IMG/VR virus record: IMGVR_UViG_3300035193_000067 | Span: 32,001-96,000 of that record | Origin: a virus | Strand: one strand, 5' to 3' | DNA length: 64,000 nt | In this document: piece after piece, positions 28,501 to 38,653 of the stretch | Position numbering within the stretch: the first letter of the stretch is position 1 | Layout: every line of letters begins with the position of its first letter | The notes under the pieces: generated by a model | Seen by the model: the letters and a program-made list of their open reading frames with translations, nothing else | The model's database searches: none | What the model was told of the DNA's origin: nothing | Made by a program: the position numbers and the translations under genes

Positions 28501-30250
28501 CACTTAACTCATCGTTTGCGTGATAAATGTAATCCTGAAGAAAAGAATCACTAATATTATCAGCACAAATATTACCAAATACCCTTCTATCTACAACAGA
28601 TCTGGCCACAGAATACGGAGCATAACCGACAAAAGTTTGTAAAGTAACTGCGTCATACCAGTATGGAATATTTCCCAGCAAAAGATTATCATTCCACGAA
28701 GGAGAGTCATATACCGTAATAGAATCTTGATAGGTTCCTGGTGAGGAAGGGAGATATGCATCAGTTATCCCGGAAGAAGCTGTGCGAACCCATATATCAA
28801 TGTACTGATAACCGTTTGCTGAGTAAAGACGTATTACCTGATCTGCTGATCCTTCTTTTATAAGAACGCTAGGACCACCATCCCACGAAAAAAAGAAGCT
28901 TAACGGGGATGTTCCTGATACAACAACTTTTAGTAAATAAGACCCTGCAGGGTAGTTATCCGAGGAATTAACTATCCAAGTCCCTCTAAGCAGACGCGCT
29001 GGAGGATATTCCATTTTTTTATTAACATCTGCACCACCTTCATCTGTAGCATACACCTCCCACATGGAGCTGACAACACCAGCAGTAGCAGGAGTAAATG
29101 CAAAAGATGAAGCATCTAGATCTGTTAATTTTTTTCCATTAATATAATAAAGATCACCTGTTGCAGGAACGTTTATGCCAAGAGTATCATAAGGTGACGA
29201 AGGGATAACATAAGGTAGAAGTACTGTACTCGTAGAGCCTTTCCATACTCCGTTGCAATGCATTACATCCTGATGCTCATCCAGTAAAAACAAAGACTCT
29301 CCAGATAAATCATTCAGACTGGATCCGTGAGGATTCTTTTCAGAAACGATACCTGTACCACGTAATTTCCTATGAAGCCAATCCTCTGCTGTATTTCTAG
29401 GGACATCTTGTTTATATAAATCTACAATCTCAATTAACTCAACAAAAGGAAAGGTTCCAGTGGTGCTCATTTGAGAGATTGCCATATAAACGGATATGTA
29501 TCTACCTGATGCATCTGTTACTGTTTTTTCCCCATCCACAGTCCAATTCACCCAAGCACCTGCAACATTACCAGGTGATGCCCACCTCAACTGATAACCG
29601 GATAATGTGTACTGATACTCAAGAGTTCCTGTGCCTGTTTCCGTAAGAACATCTACAAATTGAATATTCACACCTGCCATAGAAGGGATATCTACAGGAT
29701 TGGTATACAAAAGATTGTTAAAAGGGATAGGCCCTTCAATATTGGCAGCAGTCAGAGATCCTCCTGTCGCAGTTACTATACCCAACAAAAGCGCTCTGTC
29801 AACAGCATTGTTAGCTAAGTTATTGTCAGAAGGTGAGATCTCTGAAGGATTGTTATACTCTGCTTCTGTCAGCACTACGATCCTGTATGAAGCGTTTATA
29901 TGAGTAGAATAAGTCAACCCGTTAGACTCATGAGGCTTGCTGCCTGTAAGAATTTCCGTATATATCGCAAGAACGTAGTTACGAGTGCCTGCAACGCTGC
30001 TGGAGAGTGGTACATTGTTTGTAGCAGCAGTAGCGCTGACATAATCACCTCTAGGAGTATAACCAGAGAACGCAGCAATATCAACCCTATCCGTATTAAG
30101 AGCATTTACAGTTATAGAACCACCACTAACAACACCACGAGACGCCAGGTCATACCTAGTACGCAGTATCTGAGAACCTTTGGCAGCTTCACTGCGATCA
30201 AGGTCAACCTCGGTCACCAACACGCCATTTTTAAAATTAGTACCTTCCAT
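25583..30250 (-). CDS. tail fibre / tailspike with parallel beta-helix (pectin-lyase-like) receptor-binding region
   Basis: 1555 aa; last gene of baseplate cluster; many 'V.I.GN.' / 'ISNN' beta-helix repeats in the C-terminal ~750 aa; NPHG motif in N-terminal part. Confidence 0.8.
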   Translation of the reverse strand: MEGTNFKNGVLVTEVDLDRSEAAKGSQILRTRYDLASRGVVSGGSITVNALNTDRVDIAAFSGYTPRGDYVSATAATNNVPLSSSVAGTRNYVLAIYTEILTGSKPHESNGLTYSTHINASYRIVVLTEAEYNNPSEISPSDNNLANNAVDRALLLGIVTATGGSLTAANIEGPIPFNNLLYTNPVDIPSMAGVNIQFVDVLTETGTGTLEYQYTLSGYQLRWASPGNVAGAWVNWTVDGEKTVTDASGRYISVYMAISQMSTTGTFPFVELIEIVDLYKQDVPRNTAEDWLHRKLRGTGIVSEKNPHGSSLNDLSGESLFLLDEHQDVMHCNGVWKGSTSTVLLPYVIPSSPYDTLGINVPATGDLYYINGKKLTDLDASSFAFTPATAGVVSSMWEVYATDEGGADVNKKMEYPPARLLRGTWIVNSSDNYPAGSYLLKVVVSGTSPLSFFFSWDGGPSVLIKEGSADQVIRLYSANGYQYIDIWVRTASSGITDAYLPSSPGTYQDSITVYDSPSWNDNLLLGNIPYWYDAVTLQTFVGYAPYSVARSVVDRRVFGNICADNISDSFLQDYIYHANDELSASGVLLERDSKGYHSFSYVNTTGFSVSVKGGSSYCRGKRLSSEDTVLTLLANKEFMTYVEAGTGSLQYLNITDDFAGSRLEALRYLVGDGSFRPNVSSDYTATAVYAGQGSPERGVPLHIFTTDSSSLDVTATIELVRNVNEVSDIWSVGSSFKTAFTSLEAAFLYANLYDGSCVEIKVLGDVVVKEEITQPSHVTVSGTSADASVSFANYGTWTPSNYVWRLSSGSIVKDLSISSTVSNVEYIFGINTKVSIQNCVISCTYDTFVFNGASVATVDSVRFVNNTVEAQGLVNPNTFSPSKADYWVVSGNTFYTSNTGFTVQYAGLVAGPFSNSTISNNTFFVEGKGSFVGGAISLYTSSNVSITGNTIEIDESSGSVEEPAIILKETTSVNISGNVVSRYSSSTTRAAIGVYAYDTSDITDLSITGNTFRGLHTGVLFEYDAALYNVSISSNNFREMYGSMVNVAAITCSGVSISNNTASDFRYSSSSLSSYPYIAGIRVAVGGVGSSVDGLVISGNNLSDFQSSDVSLGGILINCSSQCNTRSITINSNVFDSFEYTSSSKLPLYGISAAINGVNIYNVDISKNIFSGFFSTNYHVTMMNLLSNPSSGTKSTFTVEGNSIGYTIFNDTGADSVQSYGISLAGNSSAGKAVVQGNTINVKSSYVDTSSASYKPVALKLSGFLEFLLADNVIDYLDSGSYYALSGGGIVIEEALATGEIRGNSIKAHQWGITLNECNGVRVLSNKIQSSTSGIFASFNTGFVEVCDNDVALIPRADYPSAGLNNVPNGAWCIGVFSRGGFNISRNHTSTTDTVERIGGNLPTATYKAYHIIAEIGDSVSASVGRMYVVDNNYLDMVSQGTNSGNYSMSGIYFTVGAYYNSARTHAISVQGNTIVGGNYVGGSLPVLYNSANEPTVIYFADLPLPSAGTARYVISNNITHQTEVIGSSHVAVVSDYSSIFSLGTNTDAVLVAPW

Positions 30251-30340
30251 TATATCTCCTTAAAGAGCTCACCCGCAAATACGAGGGTATTTTAAATAAA
30301 CAAGTGGTCTTACTATAATCAGCAAACCACGAAAAAATAA

Positions 30341-33300
30341 TCAGGAACCTATCCATGTAGTTGTAGAGGTCAACCCCGGAATTGCAGATACACCTCCTGA
30401 CATACTGAGACCTTTAATAGACATTGATCTCATTTTAAAATCCCTAAGATCACGTATACCTGAAATACTCAACCTTAGCTGATGGTATCCATGAGGAGTT
30501 GTCTGATAAATATCTACAATAGAATTCTTACTTACAGTGGACCATGCAGCAGAAACACAATCAACAGCGGTAGCTCCTGACCTGTGCTCAAAAGTAATGT
30601 TTAACCTACTCTGCTCATATACACGAGATTCCTGATGCTGTAAAAAGTACTGGCCGTTAACGAGATAGTTTAAATCAATCTCTACAGTAGTATCATCCAC
30701 AAAACGCCAATAAGACTTCGGGATCTCTCTTTGGATTTCCGCCTGTTGCAGCAGTAAATTACTTCTACTTTTATTTGCCGCAGATCTCTTATCCAGAACA
30801 GCTCTCCCAGTATCCTGATTAAAAAACAACTGAGAAGTGGCATCGAATTCTCCCTGAACACTGTCGTACCTTTCGTATATGCTATAATCAACCCACCATG
30901 CATAATCATGCCAGGAAGCATTTACAATAGGCATATCCAGAACCGTTGAAGTAACCTGATAAATTAGGTGGTAGTCTATAGTGTAAGAAGAAGAAATACT
31001 TAAATGCCCCGCAGTAATAACAGATGCAGGTATACTGACAGTGTTACCTGCGGAAAAACTCCACCAGGTATTTGGAACAGGTATGCCATTTTCGTAAAGA
31101 GTAGCCTCAACCTGATCTGAATTACTGTAATAGGACAGCGTAGCCTCATAGCTCAAACCTACCAGAGAAAAAGTTAGTTGCTCCCCTCTGACTGGACTTT
31201 CAAATTCTGGATAGACAAATGCATACTTGAAAGGATCTCTAGGAGAGATATCACAATTGACCAACCCGCATAGAGAAAAGTCATCTTCTCCAATCACTCC
31301 TATTAAATTCTTGCACAACCCACCAGTGCCATACTCTGAAACATCATGAATAGACAAAGAAGTATAACAAGGGCTTATCTCTCTTGTCTGCCCTCTGTAT
31401 GTGGTTTCATCTGAGATAACAAGAACTCTGCTCCTACTATCTGTAGGTAGAATATTGTATGTGCAGTTTACCTGTAGGTAACTACCATCCGGAGCAGTAA
31501 GTGTATATACACCATCAGCAGTAACAGTAACATAACCAACACCAGACCCCCAAACAGTACCGTAAGGAGTCCAACGCAATTTTTTAATAGTGGACAAAGA
31601 AGTGTATTCATACTCCATGGTACCATTACCTGCAGGGGTATCTAAAGACACATGAGTTATTGAGACTCCTGCATAAGGAGTTGTTTTATTGACTATCTTG
31701 TGAGGAAGCCCTAAGTATTTTTTCTCATTAAGTGACAATGGATCTTTTGACCAGACAAAAGTTAAATCTTCCATATACTGACTATGAAGGCTTCGGGGAA
31801 CTGTAGCATTTCCCAAAAAACCTGAAGATATATATTTTACCTGGGCATTGACACAATCAGTTATTACATCTATATTGCCAGTAAGCTTCTCAAACAGAAC
31901 AGATACCAGAACATCACCTGTACAAGGCTGTATCGGAGTGACAAACTCAATATAAGTAAAATCTGCTGCAAACAACCCGCCAGTGTCCGTATTGACAACT
32001 GAAGGAGTACCTGCTATCCATGAAGACCCGCCATCAAAGGACACTCTCAAAGTTGCTTCCAAAGTGCCTGAATTGAGACTCAGAAACCATCCTGAGATTT
32101 TTAAGTCATAGCCCTCATAATCAGCAATGCCTCCAGGTACACCAAGAACCCCATCAGGAATACGTACGGAAGAATCTATAGCAGAGGATTGCAAAGACCT
32201 TCCACTCAATGTAACAGACGTAGCAGCAGAATCAGTAAACCTGTAAGCAAAAGCAGGAGTAACGTCATATGAATCATGCTTATCTGTCAAAATAAAAGAT
32301 GGATAAAATTCTGAGGAAGACGTACCAGTTATCGGACTAACTCTCCAGTAGTCAGGAGTCTCTACGTACCCATCCGTAATATCATCATAAACAATTACCG
32401 TATCAACCTGAGTAGTCGAGGGTAGAAGTTCTCTGTTTACAGACACCAACAACCCCTGAGATCTCACAGTGTTTTCCACCAGTTTATGAAAAGATACAGA
32501 GATGGTTTCTTCAGCCAGTGCTGTTTGTACAAGCAAATCAACATCCACGTAAACGTTAATGACATGACCATCTGCATCAGTTATCGCATAATACCCCGAT
32601 TCTGACACAGTATACATACCCCCAAAGGATGCAGAGACTGAAGCTTTCCCGTAGAACTCGAAAACATCAAAAGTAGAGTTATAGATATACCTTACTCTTG
32701 CCTCATTAACGTCATGTATATACCCTTTCGCCCCACCATTGATCTCCAAAACCTGTACTGCATTGTTAAAAAGAGAGGATGTACCCAGGTAAAGATCTCC
32801 ACCATCCACACCCAGCAACTCAGAAGCTGCATTGTACTGACCACTTTCCACTTTTATCGAATTCGTTGCACGCAGTAGCAACCTGCCTCCATATACTGAA
32901 GCAGTGGTAGTGTATGGAGCACCGTATCTAATATCTGAAGAAAGGGCTGTATTGATAGCACTTACCACAGTAGCCACAGAAGGAGTACCTGAAGGAATGT
33001 CTATAGAAATCACTCCTCGTGAGTTCAAGTCCAGGTACAATGTCTTATCGACACCTGATACTATAGAGTAGGAGTATGTTGAAACATCTCTTCCTGTAAT
33101 TGTTACATTGCTAAATTTTAAAGGGCCTGCTAAAAAAACCTCTCCGTCACCTGCGTAGACAGTTTGACCTACACCTCCGTCAGGACTCCACTCCAGATTA
33201 CCTGTAGAAGGATTGTACGTCAAGCTATGTGGTACAGAAGGACTGCTAAGAACATCTGGATCAGCTTTAACCAGCGTTACTCCAGTTATATTTCCTGTAG

Positions 33301-33970
33301 AGGTAAGAACAGAAGATCTGTCCAGGAACCTGTGATTAACCAACATGGACTGATCCAGCACCCAATTAGGACCCCAGAACTTACGAGAATAGCTCATAGG
33401 CTCCACTTGAGTAATAACAGCTACTGCCTCATTAAGTCCTTTATAGACGCCTCCAAAATTGCGATAGGAAGCTCTCAGCTGATACACCTGATCTCGGTAG
33501 GAGTCAACCCCTTGACCAGTATCCCTGTAAAAAGATAAAGGCTCTCCATAGATTTCCTGAAGAGATGTAGCATTTGCTGTATTTATTGAGATATTTGATC
33601 TTACCTGAGAAATATTATCGTCAATAATCTCCAGACAGTACGCATATGCTGCCAACCATATTGCCCAATCCCGTACAGTAAGGTATGCCTTATATACTCT
33701 TCCGGTTTGATTAGACCTGCAGGAAATGATAACTTCACCTTGGGGTATCTTTCTGGAGAAGGTAACAGATCCTCCAGAGTTGCTTTTAGCTATACCTGAG
33801 AAATTATCATTTATGTAGATACCAAATTCTGTATTAGGTTCTGTGGTCTCCAATCGTAATGGAGTTGTTCCAGATCTTAACGGTACTACTACACCAAGGG
33901 ACTCATAAAAAGGGCCTCCAACAATACTGCGAACCATCTGAGAGTATCTGTCAATTACAGGGAACGTCAT
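30341..33970 (-). CDS. large baseplate wedge / fibre-attachment protein
   Basis: 'SINTANATSLQEIYG...DSYRDQV...GLNEAV' resembles gpI/gp7-type wedge domain; beta-rich remainder. Start placed at 33970 (GGAGG RBS) rather than 34033. Confidence 0.6.
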   Translation of the reverse strand: MTFPVIDRYSQMVRSIVGGPFYESLGVVVPLRSGTTPLRLETTEPNTEFGIYINDNFSGIAKSNSGGSVTFSRKIPQGEVIISCRSNQTGRVYKAYLTVRDWAIWLAAYAYCLEIIDDNISQVRSNISINTANATSLQEIYGEPLSFYRDTGQGVDSYRDQVYQLRASYRNFGGVYKGLNEAVAVITQVEPMSYSRKFWGPNWVLDQSMLVNHRFLDRSSVLTSTGNITGVTLVKADPDVLSSPSVPHSLTYNPSTGNLEWSPDGGVGQTVYAGDGEVFLAGPLKFSNVTITGRDVSTYSYSIVSGVDKTLYLDLNSRGVISIDIPSGTPSVATVVSAINTALSSDIRYGAPYTTTASVYGGRLLLRATNSIKVESGQYNAASELLGVDGGDLYLGTSSLFNNAVQVLEINGGAKGYIHDVNEARVRYIYNSTFDVFEFYGKASVSASFGGMYTVSESGYYAITDADGHVINVYVDVDLLVQTALAEETISVSFHKLVENTVRSQGLLVSVNRELLPSTTQVDTVIVYDDITDGYVETPDYWRVSPITGTSSSEFYPSFILTDKHDSYDVTPAFAYRFTDSAATSVTLSGRSLQSSAIDSSVRIPDGVLGVPGGIADYEGYDLKISGWFLSLNSGTLEATLRVSFDGGSSWIAGTPSVVNTDTGGLFAADFTYIEFVTPIQPCTGDVLVSVLFEKLTGNIDVITDCVNAQVKYISSGFLGNATVPRSLHSQYMEDLTFVWSKDPLSLNEKKYLGLPHKIVNKTTPYAGVSITHVSLDTPAGNGTMEYEYTSLSTIKKLRWTPYGTVWGSGVGYVTVTADGVYTLTAPDGSYLQVNCTYNILPTDSRSRVLVISDETTYRGQTREISPCYTSLSIHDVSEYGTGGLCKNLIGVIGEDDFSLCGLVNCDISPRDPFKYAFVYPEFESPVRGEQLTFSLVGLSYEATLSYYSNSDQVEATLYENGIPVPNTWWSFSAGNTVSIPASVITAGHLSISSSYTIDYHLIYQVTSTVLDMPIVNASWHDYAWWVDYSIYERYDSVQGEFDATSQLFFNQDTGRAVLDKRSAANKSRSNLLLQQAEIQREIPKSYWRFVDDTTVEIDLNYLVNGQYFLQHQESRVYEQSRLNITFEHRSGATAVDCVSAAWSTVSKNSIVDIYQTTPHGYHQLRLSISGIRDLRDFKMRSMSIKGLSMSGGVSAIPGLTSTTTWIGS

Positions 33971-33974
33971 ATAT

Positions 33975-34988
33975 CTATTTACCTCCACCCAACCCCTGAG
34001 ATTCCAGAACAGGAGTACGAACAGTAGTATCATCAGGTATAGTCATCTTAACATTAAACTGAGGCGAGTTTAGTATGACTAAATTATCCTCAAAGTAGTA
34101 TTCATAAAAATTGGGGCGTGTAACTGTCCCTCCTGATACCACAGATACGTCCACATAACCACTGTATGCAGCCAACTGATCTCTACCATCTCTGGAAGGA
34201 GGAGTAAGACCTCTTAAACGGTATGCTGAGACTATGATAGGATCAAACACTACCTGCTCACCAAATACCACAAAAGTCTTTAAAAGAGAATGTAATACAT
34301 TTACACCAGCTACTGCATAGGATGCAGAATTATTTGCAGAATAGTAGCGTATAGTAGCACTTGTTGTGACGAATCTTTTCGAACTGAAGAACAATGATCC
34401 GTTTCCATAAAAATACACTGAGGTACCAAATCTCAACATCCGGAAAACTGACACACCAGTTGTCCAGGAAGAACTCCAGGTATCAACCACACGACCATTG
34501 ACAACAACAGAGGCAGTAAGCTCAGTCGTACCACTGGAAGTTCCCTGAGTTACTGCAAATGAACAGTAGTTTGAAGAATCCACGTATGCTTCATATGTAA
34601 ATAAATTGACAGAGGATGAAGGGTATACACTTACGGAAGGTATGCTAACCCGTGTCTCGAATTGAAAGTTTGATACAGAGGATACAGAGGATACCCCGGA
34701 AACACTTCCAGAGGTTGCCCCTGTGTTCAGTAAAAGATTAGGAGAAGCTACAGATATGGATCCAGATCCCGAAGATATATCAGACCATTTGGCAGCGTCA
34801 AGTGTGGCATTGGTCCAGGTATCATCATACCCTTCATAACCAAAACTCTCCCCAGTTAGTACAAAACGCTGGCCGCCCGTAGAAGGACCGGATTCTACAG
34901 AAATACTGCTGAGGACAGTATCAAAACCGTAGACATCACCACCTGCCGCATAAGTACCTGCATATAAAAAGTCTGAATAAAGTCCCAT
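33975..34988 (-). CDS. virion structural protein with split IPT/TIG-like and lectin-like beta domains
   Basis: SSISVESGPSTGGQRFVLTGESF ... V.FG....LRGLTPP...VDVSV...YEY; Ser/Thr-rich beta insert; baseplate context. Confidence 0.55.
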   Translation of the reverse strand: MGLYSDFLYAGTYAAGGDVYGFDTVLSSISVESGPSTGGQRFVLTGESFGYEGYDDTWTNATLDAAKWSDISSGSGSISVASPNLLLNTGATSGSVSGVSSVSSVSNFQFETRVSIPSVSVYPSSSVNLFTYEAYVDSSNYCSFAVTQGTSSGTTELTASVVVNGRVVDTWSSSWTTGVSVFRMLRFGTSVYFYGNGSLFFSSKRFVTTSATIRYYSANNSASYAVAGVNVLHSLLKTFVVFGEQVVFDPIIVSAYRLRGLTPPSRDGRDQLAAYSGYVDVSVVSGGTVTRPNFYEYYFEDNLVILNSPQFNVKMTIPDDTTVRTPVLESQGLGGGK

Positions 34989-34989
34989 A

Positions 34990-36414
34990 CTAAGCCAGAT
35001 TAATAACCAGATCAGCTTCTTCTATTCTGGCATATTGGTTTTTATCAATCACTAAATCTCCAATACCTGTACCACCCTGGTAATCTAAAACGGTGTACAC
35101 AAAGTTATCAACACCATAAATCCTACCAACCTCCCTGTCAATATCAAATTCCTCCAAATTGTCGCCGAGCATCAATGAGTTGATGTACGTTTTTATGGCA
35201 CTTCTAACGTTGGCAAGGACATTTGTAGGAGATCCTGCATTTACCGTTAAAGTAGCCTCCAAGGTTACAGGTACGCGTATGGCAGCCTTAAACAAAACAT
35301 CAGATCCACGAGATTTTTTAGAGATCTGACCGAAAAATGATTGAAGCTGTGCAATTAAAGAATTATATACATACGTAATAGTGAGGTCATCTCCGATATC
35401 AGGATGATTACCACCGCTCAACCACCTTATACCATCAGATCCACGAACACTGTAAGAATACACAGAGTCTCCAGTAACAACCTCATAATCAGTTCCTTCA
35501 AAATAAGAAGCCGCAGCAGCAACTGAAGTTACTGAAGAGACAGATACCACAGGCTGCTTGTCCAGAATGTTGGTAGTGTAAACGCCATAATACTCTGTTG
35601 TATAGGATCTTGTCAAAGAAGAATCACCAAGCACCCAGGCATCAACTGCACCAGGATCCTCATCAGACCTTGTAAAGATGGTATCCCCGTCATAAACAAC
35701 AGCTATATCAGTAACACTTGAGAAATTATCCAAAACAAAACTTTTTAGACCATCAGGAGTACTTATCTGAGAGCCTGTCACATGAAGCAAATACCTTTTT
35801 GCCAGCTTATCATTAGTTTCAATACCACTGCCATCAGTTGCCGCAGATCTGTTGAAGACCTCATCAAACTCAGGAAGCGCCCTTCGCATTTCTGTAATAT
35901 TAAAAGCAGGAACTGCTGTATTGGATCCCTGTGAAGTACTTACTACAGAAACATCCAATTCATACTTACCTGTATCGCTGTTATAATACTGGCTCGCAGA
36001 AGCTGCATACATTGTCTTCTCTTCAGAAGTCTTAAACAGAATACTCCTACCTGTAGCAGCGCTTATTTTAGTTGACACAGGAAAGGAAATAGGTACAGTG
36101 ATATCAGATACTGGAGGAGTTGACCTGCTGAAAGTTACCACTGTAGAGGATCTTACCGATCCAAAGCGGATAATATTGTCATTGTACACCAGATCGTCCA
36201 CATCATCAGGTACCAGTTGATCGGCATTTTTTAAACTAATCAGCTTATTGAGATAATAAACACGATCATTCTGATTTTGCAGAACTCCTGCTTGTGGATC
36301 AATAAAAATATCCCGGTAGGGTCCTATGCGCGTATCCAATGTCCTGTCACGCTCATTGACCGCATTGCTCAGGAATGTAGCAAAATCGTCAGATGTCAAT
36401 CGTTCTATTGTCAC
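34990..36414 (-). CDS. baseplate J-like wedge protein
   Basis: VTFSR, G...ETNDKLAKR, PGAVDAWV, IKTYINSLMLG; follows gp25-like gene. Confidence 0.85.
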   Translation of the reverse strand: MTIERLTSDDFATFLSNAVNERDRTLDTRIGPYRDIFIDPQAGVLQNQNDRVYYLNKLISLKNADQLVPDDVDDLVYNDNIIRFGSVRSSTVVTFSRSTPPVSDITVPISFPVSTKISAATGRSILFKTSEEKTMYAASASQYYNSDTGKYELDVSVVSTSQGSNTAVPAFNITEMRRALPEFDEVFNRSAATDGSGIETNDKLAKRYLLHVTGSQISTPDGLKSFVLDNFSSVTDIAVVYDGDTIFTRSDEDPGAVDAWVLGDSSLTRSYTTEYYGVYTTNILDKQPVVSVSSVTSVAAAASYFEGTDYEVVTGDSVYSYSVRGSDGIRWLSGGNHPDIGDDLTITYVYNSLIAQLQSFFGQISKKSRGSDVLFKAAIRVPVTLEATLTVNAGSPTNVLANVRSAIKTYINSLMLGDNLEEFDIDREVGRIYGVDNFVYTVLDYQGGTGIGDLVIDKNQYARIEEADLVINLA

Positions 36415-36845
36415 GCCGTACCGCCTACTGTAAAGTTGCTGCGTCTGTCTTCAGTAAACACATTTATACTCCATTCATAATTCCGAGGATCCTGGTCCGA
36501 ATACCAGACCTTGACAGTGGAAAAATCAAAAATAAGCTCATCAGGAGTACGTGTATCATACTGGTAAAATTTCTGTGCACTCTTAAGCCTGCTAAGACCG
36601 TTGTACAGGTTTCTTTGAAAATCAAAAACTGCAGGATATTGAGTGTAGGAAGAAGTATACATCATGGTATCCTCTCCAATTATCTGCCTGAGACCACACC
36701 CTAAACCGGTAGATTTCCTGATATCTGTTGTAATTACGCACTCGACGTCCTGCTTCACTTTGCTTTTGCCGGATACGTAAGAATAACCTGTACCGCCGTC
36801 TAATCGTACCATATCACCATTGGAAAACTGTAAAGTTGTTGACAT
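36411..36845 (-). CDS. baseplate wedge subunit (gp25/W-like sheath initiator)
   Basis: 144 aa, NGD...SGKSKVKQDV...GLGCGL..IIG; immediately upstream of baseplate J. Confidence 0.65.
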   Translation of the reverse strand: MSTTLQFSNGDMVRLDGGTGYSYVSGKSKVKQDVECVITTDIRKSTGLGCGLRQIIGEDTMMYTSSYTQYPAVFDFQRNLYNGLSRLKSAQKFYQYDTRTPDELIFDFSTVKVWYSDQDPRNYEWSINVFTEDRRSNFTVGGTA

Positions 36846-36853
36846 TTAAAACC

Positions 36854-37351
36854 TCATGGGATTAAATTTCCCGCTTTCTGTGTTTGAATGTATGCTGCAT
36901 CGTCAATAACATCCAATATAGCTAACAGGAACGTACGAATACCTACCCAGTACGCAATGAGCTGATCATAATAATGAACAACAGATACAGTACTCATCCA
37001 CTGATCAGTATAAGGAGTATACGCAGATAAGGATGCATCGATCAACCCAATCAAAGGATCAGTTATGTAAGCATAGAACTCAGGGCACGCATCATCTATT
37101 GGACCTGGAACCCCACTGAGAAGTGCGGATTTAATTTCATCAATAATAGCCTGTACCTGATCATTGACCAGCTCTGCATATTTTTTAATCAGATCATACT
37201 GAGCTAAAAATGCACGAAGCTGTAAAATCTTTGCATCAATGAAAAACAACGCCTTTTCTACAATAGCCCTTAGTTTTGATAAAAGCTCTGAAGTAATGGA
37301 GTAGATGTAATTTAAAATACATTTTGCAAGAGGTTGAAGTGGTGTTGCCAT
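36854..37351 (-). CDS. hypothetical helical baseplate-region protein
   Basis: 165 aa, amphipathic/hydrophobic helices; between spike and gp25-like genes. Confidence 0.55.
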   Translation of the reverse strand: MATPLQPLAKCILNYIYSITSELLSKLRAIVEKALFFIDAKILQLRAFLAQYDLIKKYAELVNDQVQAIIDEIKSALLSGVPGPIDDACPEFYAYITDPLIGLIDASLSAYTPYTDQWMSTVSVVHYYDQLIAYWVGIRTFLLAILDVIDDAAYIQTQKAGNLIP

Positions 37352-37354
37352 GTG

Positions 37355-38653
37355 TTAAACCCCTTTCACCTGGACTGTTGCAGAACTGGATAAGGCTGCT
37401 GCCATTGCTGTAGCCCCTGCTGCTGCAGTAGTGTATATAGTCGCAGTGGCAGGGTCTGGGCTTACTGTAGGATTAGTGGACAGTTTTGTCCACGCAGCCG
37501 CTGCTGAAGTAAAGTAGGTTGTCCAGACAGTAGCCAAGGTAGGAGTAATTTTAACGAAAGGTAAGCTGCCTACAGTATTGCCAAGAGATACCATGGGAGC
37601 TAAAACATTAGCCGCAGAGGCAGCTGTGGCAGTTATTGTAGGAGCAGTTATGTTGTACGCTCCTCCCGCAGAATGAGTGGTTGCTCCTGAAGACGTGATT
37701 GTTGTGCTTAGGTTGGTTATTGACCAGGCTGCCAAAGGTGTCGAAAAAGAGAAGACAGAAGCCAATGCAGCTGTTACGAAACTGTTTCCATTACTGTCAA
37801 TAACTTTATCATGAGTAGTTAAGAGCCCCGTAATATCCTGTGAATACTCCCAACGTCTGACAGGTAGAGCTGAAGGAGATAATTTAATGAAAGATGCACC
37901 ACCTTGCTCTTCAACAACATCTCCCTGAGAAATGTAAGCAAGGTCAACAGGTCCTGTACCAGGGTTCCAGCGAGTTGCTGCAGTATACTCCTGGGCAGCA
38001 GTACCTCTGGATGAAATAATAAGACTCTCTTCCCTGTCTGTAGGCAATTGCTTACGACGGACAGCACCATATCGAATATCTGAGGCAGACGCATTGTTTA
38101 CAATTATCAACGCAGTATTGGTAATATCGTTGGTACTTTGATTGTATATAGACTTGCAACTGGTGGATCCTATAACAGCACGATCACCCAGGTATAAATA
38201 GGATCCTCTGGAGGATTTAAAATCCCAATCTCCAGGCTTCACTTCCCTACCAGCAACAGTACCCCACCCAATACCCCCTACGTCAATACTGTCTTCATCC
38301 TGTATGTCAAAGTCTTTGTAGTATACAGCAGAATATCCTAAAATGTGCACCTTGCGATTAGGAGCTATCCCAACGAGAACCATATCCCCAACCTGAGGAA
38401 TGTACCTCCCCCAGGATGCCTTGTTGTAGTTGGCAGAATCGCCTTCCAAAGGAGCGGACAATCCCAGCAAAGGAAACAGTGCTTCAGCAGTACCTGAAGT
38501 ACTTTCCATGTTCAATGAAACAGTGCCTCTGGAGATATGTACTTCAGATACTCTAGCTCGTTGTATGGAAGAGGTGGACAGCGATTGAGCATGTTCTCTC
38601 TGCTCAAAAGAACTCCTATTCGGAAGTACTGTGTTCATTCCCATGAGTATCAC
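37355..38653 (-). CDS. baseplate central spike (gpV/gp5 OB-fold type)
   Basis: ARVSEV...GTVSL...YIPQVGDMVLVG OB-fold pattern, Thr/Ala-rich beta repeats toward the C-terminus; follows hub gene. Confidence 0.65.
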   Translation of the reverse strand: MILMGMNTVLPNRSSFEQREHAQSLSTSSIQRARVSEVHISRGTVSLNMESTSGTAEALFPLLGLSAPLEGDSANYNKASWGRYIPQVGDMVLVGIAPNRKVHILGYSAVYYKDFDIQDEDSIDVGGIGWGTVAGREVKPGDWDFKSSRGSYLYLGDRAVIGSTSCKSIYNQSTNDITNTALIIVNNASASDIRYGAVRRKQLPTDREESLIISSRGTAAQEYTAATRWNPGTGPVDLAYISQGDVVEEQGGASFIKLSPSALPVRRWEYSQDITGLLTTHDKVIDSNGNSFVTAALASVFSFSTPLAAWSITNLSTTITSSGATTHSAGGAYNITAPTITATAASAANVLAPMVSLGNTVGSLPFVKITPTLATVWTTYFTSAAAAWTKLSTNPTVSPDPATATIYTTAAAGATAMAAALSSSATVQVKGV

